Under the pieces are notes generated by a model. It did not search any database. It worked only from the letters and a program-made list of their open reading frames with translations, and had not been told where the DNA came from. From Eledone cirrhosa (taxonomy: Eukaryota): a stretch of 64,000 nt of DNA. The translations under genes were made by a program, and so were the position numbers. Shown piece by piece: positions 29,530-43,036 of the stretch. The stretch spans positions 116,870,001 to 116,934,000 of the forward strand of contig OZ024744.1 in NCBI GenBank assembly GCA_964016885.1. Direction: 5' to 3'. How positions within the stretch are numbered: the first letter of the stretch is position 1; every line of letters starts with the position of its first letter.

Positions 29530-31352
29530 AGGTAAGGCGGGTCTTTTCTGCTACTGAGTACCGCCAAAGGTCTCGGTCCAGTGACATTGTCTTGGAGAGG
29601 TGTAAGTGTGTGATGGATGTCGGAGTTTACCAACTCGTCCCAGGTTTTTCTACGTCTGCCTATTCCGTGACTACCGTCTATCTTTATTGCCCTGCACTTT
29701 GTTATACAGCTATCGACTTTCATGCGCATCATGTGTCCATGCCAACGTAGCCTTCTCTCGAGTAAACAACATCTGATCCCTCTTATCTCTAATTTTTTCC
29801 TTAGTTCGTTTCTGCTTTGCCGTTCACGTATATTACTGTTACACATCCAGTGGAGCATGCAAGCTTCGTTTCTCTCTAGTCTGCGTATATCCTCTGCACA
29901 CAATTCCCAGGTCTCACTGCCATGCAACATTGCTGTTCGTATGCAGGCATCGTACAACCTGCCTTTCATTTTTAGGGAGAACCCTTTAGCAGCTAATAGT
30001 GGTATAAGCTCTCTGAACTTTTTCCAACCAGTTCTGACTCTAGCTACAGTACTTTCAGAGCACCCTCCCCCACTGCTGATTTTATCGCCCAGGTAACAGA
30101 AGCTGTCCACTATTTCTATAGAACCCTCTGCGCAATTGAAAGAGCTAGTATTTTGTGGGCACTTGCTGCTACTTATTGCACCAGAACACCGGCCACATGT
30201 AAAATCTATGTTCTTAGTTAGCTTACCTGTGATCCCACTACATCTTTTATGCACCCATACTTTGCATTTAGGACATAAAATGGAGTTTCTACCTACGCCT
30301 TTCCTACACACCGAGCACGACCATTTCCCAGAAGGGACCGCCGCCTTGTTTTCTTTCCTACAAAGTAGAACTTTGGTCTTAGCCAGGTTAATTTTAAGTC
30401 CTTTTGACTCTAGGCCGTGCTTCCATGTTTGGAATTTCTTCTCTAGCTCGGCCATTGATTCCGCTATGAGTGTCAGGTCGTCTGCGTATAGGAGTTCCCA
30501 TGGGCAGCCTGTCTTGAACTCCTCTGTTATAGCCTGAAGGGCAATAATAAATAGTAGGGGGCTGAGAACAGAGCCCTGATGGACGCCAACTTTTACGCTA
30601 AACTCTTCACTATATTCGTTGTTAATTCTAACCTTGCTGACTGTTTCTTTATACATGGCTTGTATAGCCCTCACAAGCCATTCGTCAACGCCTAGTTTTC
30701 TAAGAGCCCACCAGATAATGGAGCGGGGGACTCTGTCGAAGGCTTTCTCCAGGTCGACAAAAGCTAAATAGAGGGGTTTACCTTTAGCTAGGTACTTCTC
30801 CTGTAGTTGTCGTACTATGAAAAGAGCGTCTGTGGTACTTTTGCCTGACACAAACCCGAACTGCATTTCATCTAGGTCAATTCTCTCTCTGATTAGTTGC
30901 GCTATTACTTTTTCCGTGACCTTCATGACCTGGTCGATTAATTTAATGCCTCTATAGTTACTCCTATCTAGGGCGTCTCCTTTACCCTTATAACAGTTAA
31001 CGATGATGCTGCTATGCCAGTCCTTCGGAACAACCCCATTCTGTACGACTTGGTTAACTATGCGGGTGACCATGGTGTGTCCCACCGTGCCAGATGCCTT
31101 CAGCATCTCAGCAACTATTTCCGAAGGCCCAGCCGCCTTACCCGTCTTCATATCCTTGATTGCCTTACTTATTATACTCCCCTTGACTAACACTGCTGGT
31201 CCCTCTATTGGGTCGATATGGGGGAGACTGTCTTTCTCCCATTTATTCTCCTCATTTAGTAGCCTTTCATAGTGACACTTCTAAGCTACCTTCTTATCAG
31301 TGTCGGTGATGGCAAGTATGCCATCATCGTTAAGTACACACTTCTCCCCGAC
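29530..31352 (-). mobile_element. RTE-clade LINE fragment with an open RT domain (ORF 29496-31193)
   Basis: KAAGPS, NYRGIKL, QFGF, AFVDLEKAFDRV, GVHQGSVLSPLLF, YADD, PHD-like CSVC..CPKC..H..C, RRLRWHGH. Confidence 0.95.
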
Positions 31353-31372
31353 AATATATATATACATATATG

Positions 31373-31427
<55 letters not shown>

Positions 31428-31873
31428 AAAGTGGCGCTGGTGTTAGGAAGGGCATCCAACCAGTGTATCAATGCCAAAACACTTATCAGCACAGCCATAA
31501 ATAGGAACAACAACAAAATATGAAGACATCGCATCTCAGAGTTGCAACACTTAATGTTGGCACTCTCAGAGGTAGATCTGCTGAAATAGCGGAGATGCTG
31601 GAGAGAAGGCATGTGGATGTGTGCTGCGTGCAAGAGGTGAGATGGAGAGGTGCCTCTGCGAGACTAGTCGTAGGCAAACATCTTAGCTATAAGCTTTTCT
31701 GGGTAGGTAAGGATGATGGGTTAGTGGGAGTAGGCATTTTCCTGGCTGAGAGATGGATCAATAAGACAATAGAGGTAGTTCGAGTTAGTAATCGAATAAT
31801 TAAGCTTAGATTAGTTGTAGGTAGGAGACTACTGACAATCATCTCGGCCTATGCTCCCCAAGCAGGCCTAGGC
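31428..31873 (+). mobile_element. RTE LINE 5' fragment (APE endonuclease N-terminus)
   Basis: LRVATLNVGTL..DVCCVQEVRW..GVGI..ISAYAPQ. Confidence 0.9.
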
Positions 31874-32510
31874 AACTCGTTTAAGTGGAGGTGGGTGACA
31901 ACACAGTATGCCATTCAATCGGAACTTACAGAAACAATCAAACACAAAACAAACGACAGTATATAAAATTTGTGGGATGTGGTGAGGCTGGTGTAACATT
32001 TTTGTAACTGAATTTTACCTGTATATAAATAATCACATTTATTTCATATCTACACATACATGGTGTGTGTGTGAAATAGCTGTCTATTCTGTGACTATTT
32101 CTCCCATCTATAAAACTTTTGTTTTTAAAGTAGTTACAGGTGTGTTGTTTGCATTAGTTTCCATCAGGTATCCCATATGCTATGTTTCTGAGCTTAGTCA
32201 CACTTGTCACATATCTACGACAAACTACTTCAGACAAGAACACTTTTATTATATTCACTCCATTATCTTATATATATATATTTCTACTAATTCTTTATTT
32301 GAACATCACAAACAACTTCTGGTAATTGTCAATGTTATAGTTATGTAAACCTTCTGAAAATATATCTTTAAAATGTATTAAGTTACGAGGAAATAACATC
32401 ATATGGCAACAGTTTATATATATATATATTAAGGCCGATACAGAGATATCGTTGCATATACATGCATAATATATGTGTGAATATACACACATAGAGCTAC
32501 ATGATCGTTA

Positions 32511-32581
<71 letters not shown>

Positions 32582-32636
32582 GTCCCCCAAAATTGTCTGT
32601 ATATTTATTAGTATGCTGTTGAAACACCTTGTGTGC

Positions 32637-32672
<36 letters not shown>

Positions 32673-32959
32673 TGATTGCTGACACTCTGTGCTTGCTTGA
32701 TGCCTGTCTGTCTGTAATACAGCCAAAAGGGCACATAGTGTGGAAATACTTTGAAAGGAAGTTGACCCTGAAATGGGAATACAAATGGATTAAAACAAGT
32801 TTCGCGTAAATCGAAGCATGGGAACCCAAAATATGGGGTTTTCTGGGTACCTTCATGAACAGAGAAAGAGATAGTGGTTGTGAGAGAGTAGATTGAAAGA
32901 AAGACAGAGCGAGAGAGAGGGGGAGGAGACAGAGGAGAATGGAAGAGGGCTGGTGGTGT

Positions 32960-33022
<63 letters not shown>

Positions 33023-33066
33023 ACGTTAGTGTGTCTATGACCAGTGTATATAGATCACAGACACCC

Positions 33067-33110
<44 letters not shown>

Positions 33111-33665
33111 ATTATATATATACACACTAACATATATATATGTTTACAAACACACATTTCTATATATACACACATATATATATATGTATACAAACACACA
33201 TTTCTATATATACATACAACGTATATATATGAACCTTCCAGTTTCATTTCACATGATCTACATGTCTGTATATTTTTATTATTTTTAAGTGAATATGACT
33301 TTTTAAAAATATTTTGAAGGAAATGTGACCCAACGGGTCACGGGTGGTTTGGTATTATTTATAAATAAATATATATATATATATATATATATCCTCCCCA
33401 CTCGGACACCTCGTCTCCCTCTCCCCACTCCACCCGCCACCACCCTTACACACCCCACACCCTTCCATCACCTGTTTTACCCCTTTTTAATTTCAGTTTA
33501 TTTTGATCATGCTTTTATATTTAAATTTATTTCATTCCTTGTATGTTGATCATGCTTTATTTTTAATTTTATTTTTATTTTCTTCATTCGCACCGTTTCC
33601 TTTCGCTATATGTCTCTCCACCACTCCCCTACACACCCTTTGAACTCTGTTCCCACACACTTCTC

Positions 33666-33697
33666 ACCTGAGGAAGGGCTTATGCCCGAAACGTCGT
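33666..33697 (+). ncRNA. Minimal Penelope-type hammerhead
   Basis: AC-CTGAGGA-A-GGGC(TTAT)GCCC-GAAACGTC-GT. Stem I only 2 bp. AATAAA about 35 nt downstream. Confidence 0.6.
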
Positions 33698-33785
33698 TCC
33701 CCACCACCACCCCACTCTCCAGAGCGTGAAGTTAATAAACATTCGTTGTACTGCCTCTCTGTTTTGTTCCTGTTCAAATTTTTCC

Positions 33786-33831
<46 letters not shown>

Positions 33832-34593
33832 TGTTTGATGGTAGCTAAGATGCTTCCATATGCGGTATGCCGGTTGAGCTCTTACAGAGCAGAGTATGAT
33901 ATAATATAAAACGAAACATCAGTGATGCATCTGAACTCAATTTATTGTGTGTTACAATTGTTTCACCGGCGGACAGCTCGAGACGCGATCATTGTGTGGA
34001 TCTGTCTAATACCGCACTCGCAGGTTCGGCGGACATGTCTAATGATTTCGGAGCATATTCTCTCACTGGGGTATCTGACCCTCTGGGCCAGTACCGTCAA
34101 AAACTTCATCCTCTTCGCGCGTCCAGTGATTGGCCGCTGGTTGTCTACGTCACCATAATTCTGACCACAGGTACCATTCTGCTGTCCCATGTCTGCTACA
34201 CTTCAATGAATTACTGCTGTGTTTGGTAGTTCACACATCCACGCGCGCACTCACACCCACACACATACCCCCCTCCCCCCACACACAATCACAGATAACG
34301 ACAGTCGTACGCATAGACTCCCGCTATACCTACACATTAAGGAGAACATATAAACATATAAACGTACGCATACATTCACCCAGAGGCACATGCCCACAAG
34401 CCTATATACATCAACACACACACACATGCATACGCGTATATATACACGTACAGACATATACATAGACCCCCCCCCCCACATACACACATGTACCCATATA
34501 TACACGCACAGATACACACTCGCCCGCAAACAAGCATATATATATATGTATATATATGTATATATATATATATATATAAAAATATATATATAT

Positions 34594-35116
34594 AACCAAA
34601 GATTAATATGGTTCATTGATTACTCAATGAATATAGTTTTACAATAGATTAGAAGCACTCTACAGGGGTTTCTGGAGTTATTATTATTCAGAATAATAAT
34701 AAATGAAAACATTCACATAATCAAAATGTTTTATTATATATATTTCAAAGGTATTGTGCTGTTTTTTCAGTACGTCCTCGTCAGATAAAATATATAAATT
34801 GATGTATGACATAACTCAACTGTGCTGATGGTTCAATTCCAGTTTTGGCAGAAACTGGAATTGAACCATCAGCACAGTTGAGTTATGTCATACATCAATT
34901 TATATATTTTATCTGACGAGGGCGTACTGAAAAAACAGCACATTACCTTTGAAATATATATAATAAAAAATATATTTTGATTACGTGAATGTCTACATTT
35001 ATTAATATTTTGAATTAATATTAATAACTCCAGAAATCTTTTTTTGTTGAGTGCTTCTAATCTATTGTAAAACTGTATTCATTGATTAATCAATGAACCT
35101 TGTTTAACTTTTGGTT
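34594..35116. mobile_element. ~520-bp palindromic hammerhead element in (TA)n
   Basis: About 255-bp inverted arms around 34848, each with TTTTAT-CTGACGA-stem II-GAAA(TATATA)TA-ATAAAA (34729-34790 minus, 34907-34968 plus). Confidence 0.8.
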
Positions 35117-35489
35117 ATATATATATATAGTTCATTTTCATTTTCAAAGGTGTAGACTACGATTATGTTGATAACAACATAAAAAAGGAAGAAAAAGAAA
35201 TTGTTATTTTTCATTCACGGAAATTACCAGATGTTGTTTTCTCTGATGTTAAAAGTAAAAGGTTTCCTATATATATATGTGTGTGTGTGTGTATATATAT
35301 ACCCATTCAGTTTATTTGATACTTTAATATATCTAAAACGATAGTTTCCTATCGTCAACTCGAGATTCATGCACCATCTCACTACTACAGCAAAGGTTTC
35401 TGTCACTGGATAGAAGGAATAAAATCAATAGCAATATTTCTCTGTATCTAGATAGATTTATAACGTTTGTCGTGGTTGTCGTTGTTATT

Positions 35490-38400
35490 CGTTATCCTTC
35501 ACTAGGCCAGGTTATTCCTTATCATTTCCTAGGCCAGGTTATTCCTTATCATTCCCTAGGCCACGTTATTCCTTATCATTCCCTAGGCCAGGTTATTCCT
35601 TATCCTTCCCTAGGCCAGGTTATTCCTTATCATTTCCTAGGCCAGGTTATTCCTTATCCTTCCCTAGGCCAGGTTATTCCTTATCATTTCCTAGGCCAGG
35701 TTATTCCCTATCCTTCCCTAGACCAGGTTATTCCTTATGCTTGGCTAGGCCAGGTTATTCCTTATCATTCCCTAGGCCAGGTTATTCCTTATCATTTCCT
35801 AGGCCAGGTTATTCCTTATTTCGTAGGCCAGGTTATTCCTTATCATTCCCTAGGCCAGGTTATTCCTTATCATTCCTTAGGCCAGGTTATTCCTTATTCT
35901 TCCCTAGGCCAGGTTATTCCTTATCATTTCCTAGGCCAGGTTATTCCTTATCATTCCCTAGGCCAGATTATTCCTTATCCTTCCCTAGGCCAGGTTATTC
36001 ATTATTCCCTAGGCCAGGTTATTCCCTATCATTTCCTATCATTTCCTAGGCCAGGTTATTCCTTATCCTTTCCTAGGCCAGGTTATTCCTTATGCTTGGC
36101 TAGGCCAGGTTATTCCTTATGCTTCGCTAGGCCAGGTTATTTCTTATGCTTGGCTAGGCCAGGTTATTCCTTATGCTTGGCTAGGCCAGGTTATTCCTTA
36201 CCCTTCCCTAAGCCAGGTTATTCCTTATCATTCCCTAGGCCAGGTTATTCCCTATCATTTCTTAGGCCAGGATATTCCTTATCCTTCCCTAGGCCAGGTT
36301 ATTCCTTATGCTTGGCTAGGCCAGGTTATTCCTTATGCTTAGCTAGGCCAGGTTATTCCTTATCCTTCCCTAGGCCAGGTTAGTCCTTATGCTTCGCTAG
36401 GCCAGGTTATTCCTTATGCTTCGCTAGGCCAGGTTATTCCTTGTCCTTCCCTAGGCCAGGTTATTCCTTGTCCTTCCCTAGGCCAGGTTATTCCTTATCA
36501 TCCCCTAGGCCAGGTTATTCCTTATGCTTGGCTAGGCCAGGTTATTCCTTATCCTTCCCTAGGCCAGGTTATTCCTTATCATCCCCTAGGCCAGGTTATT
36601 CCTTATGCTTGGCTAGGCCAAGTTATTCCTTATCCTTCCCTAGGCCAGGTTATTCCTTATCCTTCCCTAGGCCAGGTTATTCCTTATCCTTCCCCAGGCC
36701 AGGTTATTCCTTATCATCCCCTAGGCCAGGTTATTCCTTATGCTTGGCTAGGCCAGGTTATTCCTTATCCTTCCCTAGGCCAGGTTATTCCTTATGCTTG
36801 GCTAGGCCAAGTTATTCCTTATCCTTCCCTAGGCCAGGTTATTCCTTATCATCCCCTAGGCCAGGTTATTCCTTATGCTTGGCTAGGCCAGGTTATTCCT
36901 TATGCTTGGCTAGGCCAGGTTATTCCTTATGCTTGGCTAGGCCAGGTTATTCCTTATGCTTCGCTAGGCCAGGTTATTCCTTATCCTTCCCTAGGCCAGG
37001 TTATTCCTTATCATCCCCTAAGCCAGGTTATTCCTTATGCTTGGCTAGGCCAGGTTATTCCTTATCCTTCCCTAGGCCAGGTTATTCCTTATCATCCCCT
37101 AGGCCAGGTCATTCCTTATGCTTGGCTAGGCCAGGTTATTCCTTATCCTTCCCTAGGCCAGGTTATTCCTTATGCTTGGCTAGGCCAAGTTATTCCTTAT
37201 CCTTCCCTAGGCCAGGTTATTCCTTATGCTTGGCTAGGCCAGGTTATTCCTTATGCTTGGCTAGGCCAGGTTATTCCTTATGCTTGGCTAGGCCAGGTTA
37301 TTCCTTATGCTTCGCTAGGCCAGGTTATTCCTTATCCTTCCCTAGGCCAGGTTATTCCTTATCCTTCCCTAGGCCAGGTTATTCCTTATCATCCCCTAGG
37401 CCAGGTTATTCCTTATGCTTGGCTAGGCCAGGTTATTCCTTATGCTTCACTAAGCCAGGTTATTCCTTATCCTTCCCTAGGCCAGGTTATTCCTTATCAT
37501 CCCCTAGGCCAGGTTATTCCTTATGCTTCGCTAAGCCAGGTTATTCCTTATCCTTCCCTAGGCCATGTTATTCCTTATCATCCCCTAGGCCAGGTTATTC
37601 CTTATGCTTGGCTAGGCCAGGTTATTCCTTATGCTTGGCTAGGCCAAGTTATTCCTAATCCTTCCCTAGGCCAGGTTATTCCTTATGCTTGGCTAGGCCA
37701 GGTTATTCCTTATCCTTCCCTAGGCCAGGTTATTCCTTATCATCCCCTAGGCCAGGTTATTCCTTATGCTTGGCTAGGCCAGGTTATTCCTTATCCTTCC
37801 CTAGGCCAGGTTATTCCTTATGCTTGGCTAGGCCAGGTTATTCCTTATGCTTGGCTAGGCCAGGTTATTCCTTATGCTTCGCTAGACCAGGTTATTCCTT
37901 ATCCTTCCCTAGGCCAGGTTATTCCTTATCATCCCCTAGGCCAGGTTATTCCTTATGCTTGGCTAGGCCAGGTTATTCCTTATGCTTCGCTAAGCCAGGT
38001 TATTCCTTATCCTTCCCTAGGCCAGGTTATTCCTTATCCCCTAGGCCAGGTTATTCCTTATGCTTGGCTACGCCAGGTTATTCCTTATGCTTCGCTAGGC
38101 CAGGTTATTCCTTATCCTTCCCTAGGCCAGGTTATTCCTTATCATCCCCTAGGCCAGGTTATTCCTTATGCTTGGCTAGGCCAGGTTATTTCTTATGCTT
38201 CGCTAGGCCAGGTTATTCCTTATCCTTCCCTAGGCCAGGTTATTCCTTATGCTTGGCTAGGCCAGGTTATTCCTTATTCTTCCCTAGGCCAGGTTATTCC
38301 TCATCCTTCCCTAGGCCAGGTTATTATTCTTCCCTAGGCCAGGTTTTTCCTTATGCTTGGCTAGGCCAGGTTATTCCTTATTCTTCCCTAGGCCAGGTTA

Positions 38401-38745
38401 TTCCTTATCCTTCCCTAGGCCAGGTTATTATTCTTCCCTAGGCCAGGTTTTTCCTTATGCTTGGCTAGGCCAGGTTATTCCTTATTCTTCCCTAGGCCAG
38501 GTTATTCCTTATCCTTCCCTAGGCCAGGTTTTTCCTTATGCTTGGCTAGGCCAGGTTATTCCTTATTCTTCCCTAGGCCAGGTTATTCCTTATCCTTCCC
38601 TAGGCCAGGTTATTATTCTTCCCTAGGCCAGGTTTTTCCTTATGCTTGGCTAGGCCAGGTTATTCCTTATTCTTCCCTAGGCCAGGTTATTCCTTATCCT
38701 TCCCTAGGCCAGGTTATTATTCTTCCCTAGGCCAGGTTTTTCCGT
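35490..38745 (+). repeat. 27-bp satellite/minisatellite, ~120 units
   Basis: Near-constant CTAGGCCAGGTTATTCCTTAT plus a 6-nt variable slot. Confidence 0.97.
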
Positions 38746-38847
38746 TATATTTTATTCAGTTATACAAATATTACAAATTGTTCAGATCTTTCAGAATGAA
38801 AATAGAAACAACTATAATATGTTGGAAACTAAATGAACTCTAAATGA

Positions 38848-39115
38848 ATAATAATGTTTCTACTTTTGGCACAAGGCCAGCAATTACTCCAGTGTATTAC
38901 TGGTACTTTATTTTATCAACCCTGTAAGGATGAAAGGCAAAGTTAACCTTGACTGGATTTGAACTCAGAATTTAAAGTTCAAATCACTCTAAGGTTAGCT
39001 TTACCTTTCATTCTTACAGGGTTGATAAAATAAAGTACCAGTAATGCCCTGGGGTTGATTTAATCGACTTTACCCTCCTCCAAAATTATTGGCCTTGTGT
39101 CAGAAACCAATATTT
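38848..39115. mobile_element. Inverted pair of 5'-truncated SINE A copies
   Basis: Minus copy 38848-38972 and plus copy 38975-39115. Confidence 0.8.
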
Positions 39116-39687
39116 TATTCAGTTGTATAAGTTGTTTACAATTCTTTCAGAATGAAAATATAAACACATATAATAAATACAACTATTGCTAGGAACCTTA
39201 CATAATACACCAAAATAGACGTCTTTTGTAACAAAATTTAATTTATATTCCTCCTCCAACTCCTCCCCAAAATTTATTAATTAAATATAAACATAACTAA
39301 ATTTTTTACCAGTGTTCAATTAAAATTATGAATGTAAATTTATAGAACTTGCCCCCTCCCCCCTGCTTCCGATTTCAGTGGGAAAAACATTTTTTCTACG
39401 GTTTGGGTGAGTACCCCCACCCACCCCTCAGTTTTCCAGGAAGAAAATACTGATTGCGAGCATCTTAGAGGCCAGATTAGTTGATAGCACACACACACAC
39501 AATGAGGATAATATTTCACACTAAAATCGTTGGGTGGGTGGGGGGTGGGGGAGGTGAACTTAAATAATAATAATGAAAATTATTGTGTACAGTGCTCAGG
39601 TGCACTGCAACTCATCAAAGGTGCATGTATAGTACATAGGATAATGTACACAGGAAAGTGAACAGTGTATGAGTCATGATATACATG

Positions 39688-39845
39688 AGGTTGGTGTTAG
39701 GAAGGGCATCCAGCTGTAGAAATCAAGCCAAAATCAGTATCCGTATGAACAAGACAAGGTCATCTGACCTGGCACTGCCCACAACAGGACAACCTGTCTA
39801 ACCCATGCTAGCATGGAAGAATGGAGGTAAAACGGTGATGATGAT
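39688..39845 (+). mobile_element. RTE-tailed short repeat
   Basis: GGTGTTAGGAAGGGCATCCAGCTGTAG...AACCCATGCTAGCATGG...GATGATG. Confidence 0.7.
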
Positions 39846-40039
39846 ATGTCAACTATATTTTACCGAAGTTATACAATGGTGGAAGGGGTAAAGAAGGGCA
39901 GGTGGGGCTGTATAGGAAAATAAAGGAAAGCACTATAAATGCCATAGATGAGAGGAAAAGGAAGAAAAGAGTAAAACACAGAGGAAAAGGATGGGGAAGG
40001 GGAGAGGGCGATGGGCTCTGTCCCTAGGGCAGGGTGATG

Positions 40040-40478
40040 TTTTCACTGCATCCTGCAGACAAAACTGCAAGGGCATTTCCGTGGACAATGGCCTGTAACA
40101 CTCACTGCAACAGCCACCCCCACCTCATGGGCTCCTTCCTCAGACTGGCTGCTGCTGATGTTCCATTTTTGTGGAGGAGTTCGGCAGTACAGGATGTGAG
40201 GACACCTGAGGTCTCCATGGCAACCGGTGCAAAGAAGTGGTCCAGCCCCAGTATTCTTTGTCTTCCTCTTCTCCACATTGCAAGCCACGGTAAAGGGTTT
40301 TTGGCTGTGACAACTAAGTTGGAGACAGAGAATGTGTCACAGCATGTCGTGTCCCAAATGACGGACTTACCTCCTTTGAAAGGGAAAAGGGTAATTCTAT
40401 TGGGGTGCTTGCCATCACCATGATTGAGGCCTACTGGCTTCGGTTGTGATGAGAAGCCAGTTGCATTGAAACTCCTTA
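40040..40478 (-). mobile_element. CRE-like non-LTR retrotransposon 3' fragment (REL endonuclease), decayed
   Basis: Manual translation: PVGLNHGDGKHPNRITLFPFKGGKSVIWDTTCCDTF...FAPVAMETSGVL...AIVHGNALAVLSAG. Confidence 0.8.
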
Positions 40479-40844
40479 ATATAAAATTAAATCTTTTATT
40501 TACTCTAACCCATGCTAGCGTGGAAGATTGATGTTAAACGACGATGATGATGATGACTTGTAGGGATGTAAATTATTCAAATAGATCAGTTTAATACAGT
40601 GGAATCGATGATAACAAGGCTCGGCTATCCCATCTTCTTTTTAAATGTAGTTGAAATCTATTTACTCCGACTGAATAATGTTTGTTTCTGTTTGAAGATG
40701 GTGTGATTTAAGGGAGATTTAGCTTCTATATCTAGCAAGTCAAACAAACGTGTAGTGTACAAGTTCGTTCATTGGATCAATGTATAACAAACAGTATTTT
40801 GAATATGCTTCCTTTAAATGAGGATGCTGACAGCAGAATCCTCT

Positions 40845-41905
40845 TCATCACCATTTAAAGTTCATTTTTCCACGCTAGCATGGGTTAGACGTGTTGTCCT
40901 GTTGTGAGACAAGCCAGGTCAGGTGACCATGTCTTGTTTATACAGAACTGTTTCAGGCTTGGTTTCTACAACTGGATGCCCTTCTTAACACCAACCACAT
41001 TTACAGAGTGTACTGGGTGCTTTTTGTCATGACACCTACATGAGCACTTTACATTGTGTACTGGGTGCTTTTTGTTGTGACACCTACATGACCACTTTAC
41101 AGTGTGTACTGGGTACTTTTTGTTGTGACACCTACATGACCACTTTACAGTGTGTACTGGGTACTTTTTGTTGTGACACCTACATGAGCACTTTACATTG
41201 TGTACTGGGTGCTTTTTGTTGTGACACCTACATGACCACTTTACAGTGTGTACTGGGTGCTTTTTGTCATGACACCTACATGAGCACTTTACATTGTGTA
41301 CTGGGTGCTTTTTGTTGTGACACCTACATGACCACTTTACAGTGTGTACTGGGTACTTTTTGTTGTGACACCTACATGACCACTTTACAGTGTGTACTGG
41401 GTACTTTTTGTTGTGACACCTACATGACCACTTTACAGTGTGTACTGGGTACTTTTTGTTGTGTGTACTGGGTGCTTTTTGTTGTGACACCTACATGACC
41501 ACTTTACAGTGTGGACTGGGTACTTTTTGTTGTGAGACCTACATGACCACTTTACAGTGTATACTGGGTACTTTTTGTTGTGACACCTATATGACCACTT
41601 TACAGTGTGTACTGGGTACTTTTTGTTGTGACACCTACATGACCACTTTACAGTGTGTACTGGGTACTTTTTGTTGTGACACCTACATGACCACTTTACA
41701 GTGTATACTGGGTACTTTTTGTTGGGACACCTACATGTCCACTTTACAGTGTGTACTGGGTACTTTTTGTCGTGACACCTACATGACCACTTTACAGTGT
41801 GTACTGGGTACTTTTTGTTGTGACACCTACATGACCACTTTACAGTGTGTACTGGGTACTTTTTGTTGTGACACCTATATGACCACTTTCCAGTGTGGGC
41901 TGGGC
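40845..41905 (-). repeat. RTE-tailed short repeat whose internal 48-bp segment is amplified ~19 times (40995-41905)
   Basis: Unit ACCACTTTACAGTGTGTACTGGGTACTTTTTGTTGTGACACCTACATG, continuous with GGATGCCCTTCTTAACACCAACC. Confidence 0.9.
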
Positions 41906-42299
41906 AATTATTGTCATGTCATGCTGGAGTGGGAGTGGAGTGATTATGATGCAGTGGGAAGGCAGTCTGGAATATACCAAAGTATTAAATGGTAGGAATG
42001 ATTTTGTTTCACTCTCTAATTTTTAAGGCACATTTACATATTAGTTAGGTTGTGAGAATTAGAATCATAAGATTGAGGGTTCCATTATAGCACTTGGTGG
42101 GTTGTTGTGCCCTTAAGCAAGACACTTCATTACATGTTACTTTTTATGATACAATTGTGGTCCCTATCATTAAAACACCCAAGAAACCTCCTATGAGATA
42201 CAACCTTGTAAGAGACCAGCTAAATCTACATAGGTGTGAGCTGTAATTTTGATTGAGGTAAATTTTACCTGATACAGTCATTGACACCATTTTGATGTT

Positions 42300-42528
42300 T
42301 TAACTCTTTAACATTCAAACCGGCCATATCCGGCCAGAAATGTCTCACCTATTTCTGTTCAAATCGGCTGTAACTGGCCACTCATACTGATGTTAAGGTT
42401 TTGTTCTCAAGATAAATAACATCAAAATCTCATAGATATGATATTATGTGAGATAATTATGTAAGATAAAGTGTTTACTAGAAATACACAGTAGTATATA
42501 TAGAGTAATGTGAATGCTAAAGAGTTAA
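42300..42528 (+). mobile_element. TTAA-flanked MITE (piggyBac-like termini)
   Basis: TTAACTCTTTAACATTCA ... TGAATGCTAAAGAGTTAA. Confidence 0.75.
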
Positions 42529-42704
42529 AGATATTCTTGCATTGAGTTCTCTCTCATTCTATGAATTCTCATTCACTCACGCTTCAACTCGATCTTTGAG
42601 AAAACTGTTTTTATTTTATTTACACTGTAACCAACCTGAATCAAATTTCCTATACAGCTACACCTCATGTTAGGTCTTTTTCTTCTTTTTTTTTGGACCC
42701 TAAT

Positions 42705-42838
42705 CCTATTGGAAAGTAACGAAGCCTCCATACTTTGCTGGATGTGCAATAGCAATATACGTGAACGGCAAAGTATAAATATACTGCGGGGGAAATTAGA
42801 CATAAGAGGGATCAGTTGTTGTGTGCAGGAGAGGAGAT
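42705..42838 (+). mobile_element. RTE LINE internal fragment
   Basis: LESNEASILCWMCN...RGISCCVQERR. Confidence 0.8.
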
Positions 42839-42890
42839 ATATGTGTATATGTATATGTTGTGTGTATATATATATATGTATGATATATAT

Positions 42891-42935
<45 letters not shown>

Positions 42936-42944
42936 TATATATAC

Positions 42945-43033
<89 letters not shown>

Positions 43034-43036
<3 letters not shown>

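Noticed and set aside
35472-38843. CRISPR-like array or repetitive RPGYSL protein
   Set aside because: The variable part is only 6 nt and reused, there are no cas genes, and the context is eukaryotic. The ORFs arise because the 27-bp unit is a multiple of three.
40966-41995. Cys/His-rich repeat proteins
   Set aside because: Translation of a 48-bp SINE-derived minisatellite.
42581-42649. Possible 69-nt minus-strand exon (NLIQVGYSVNKIKTVFSKIELK)
   Set aside because: Weak polypyrimidine tract and no recognisable homology.
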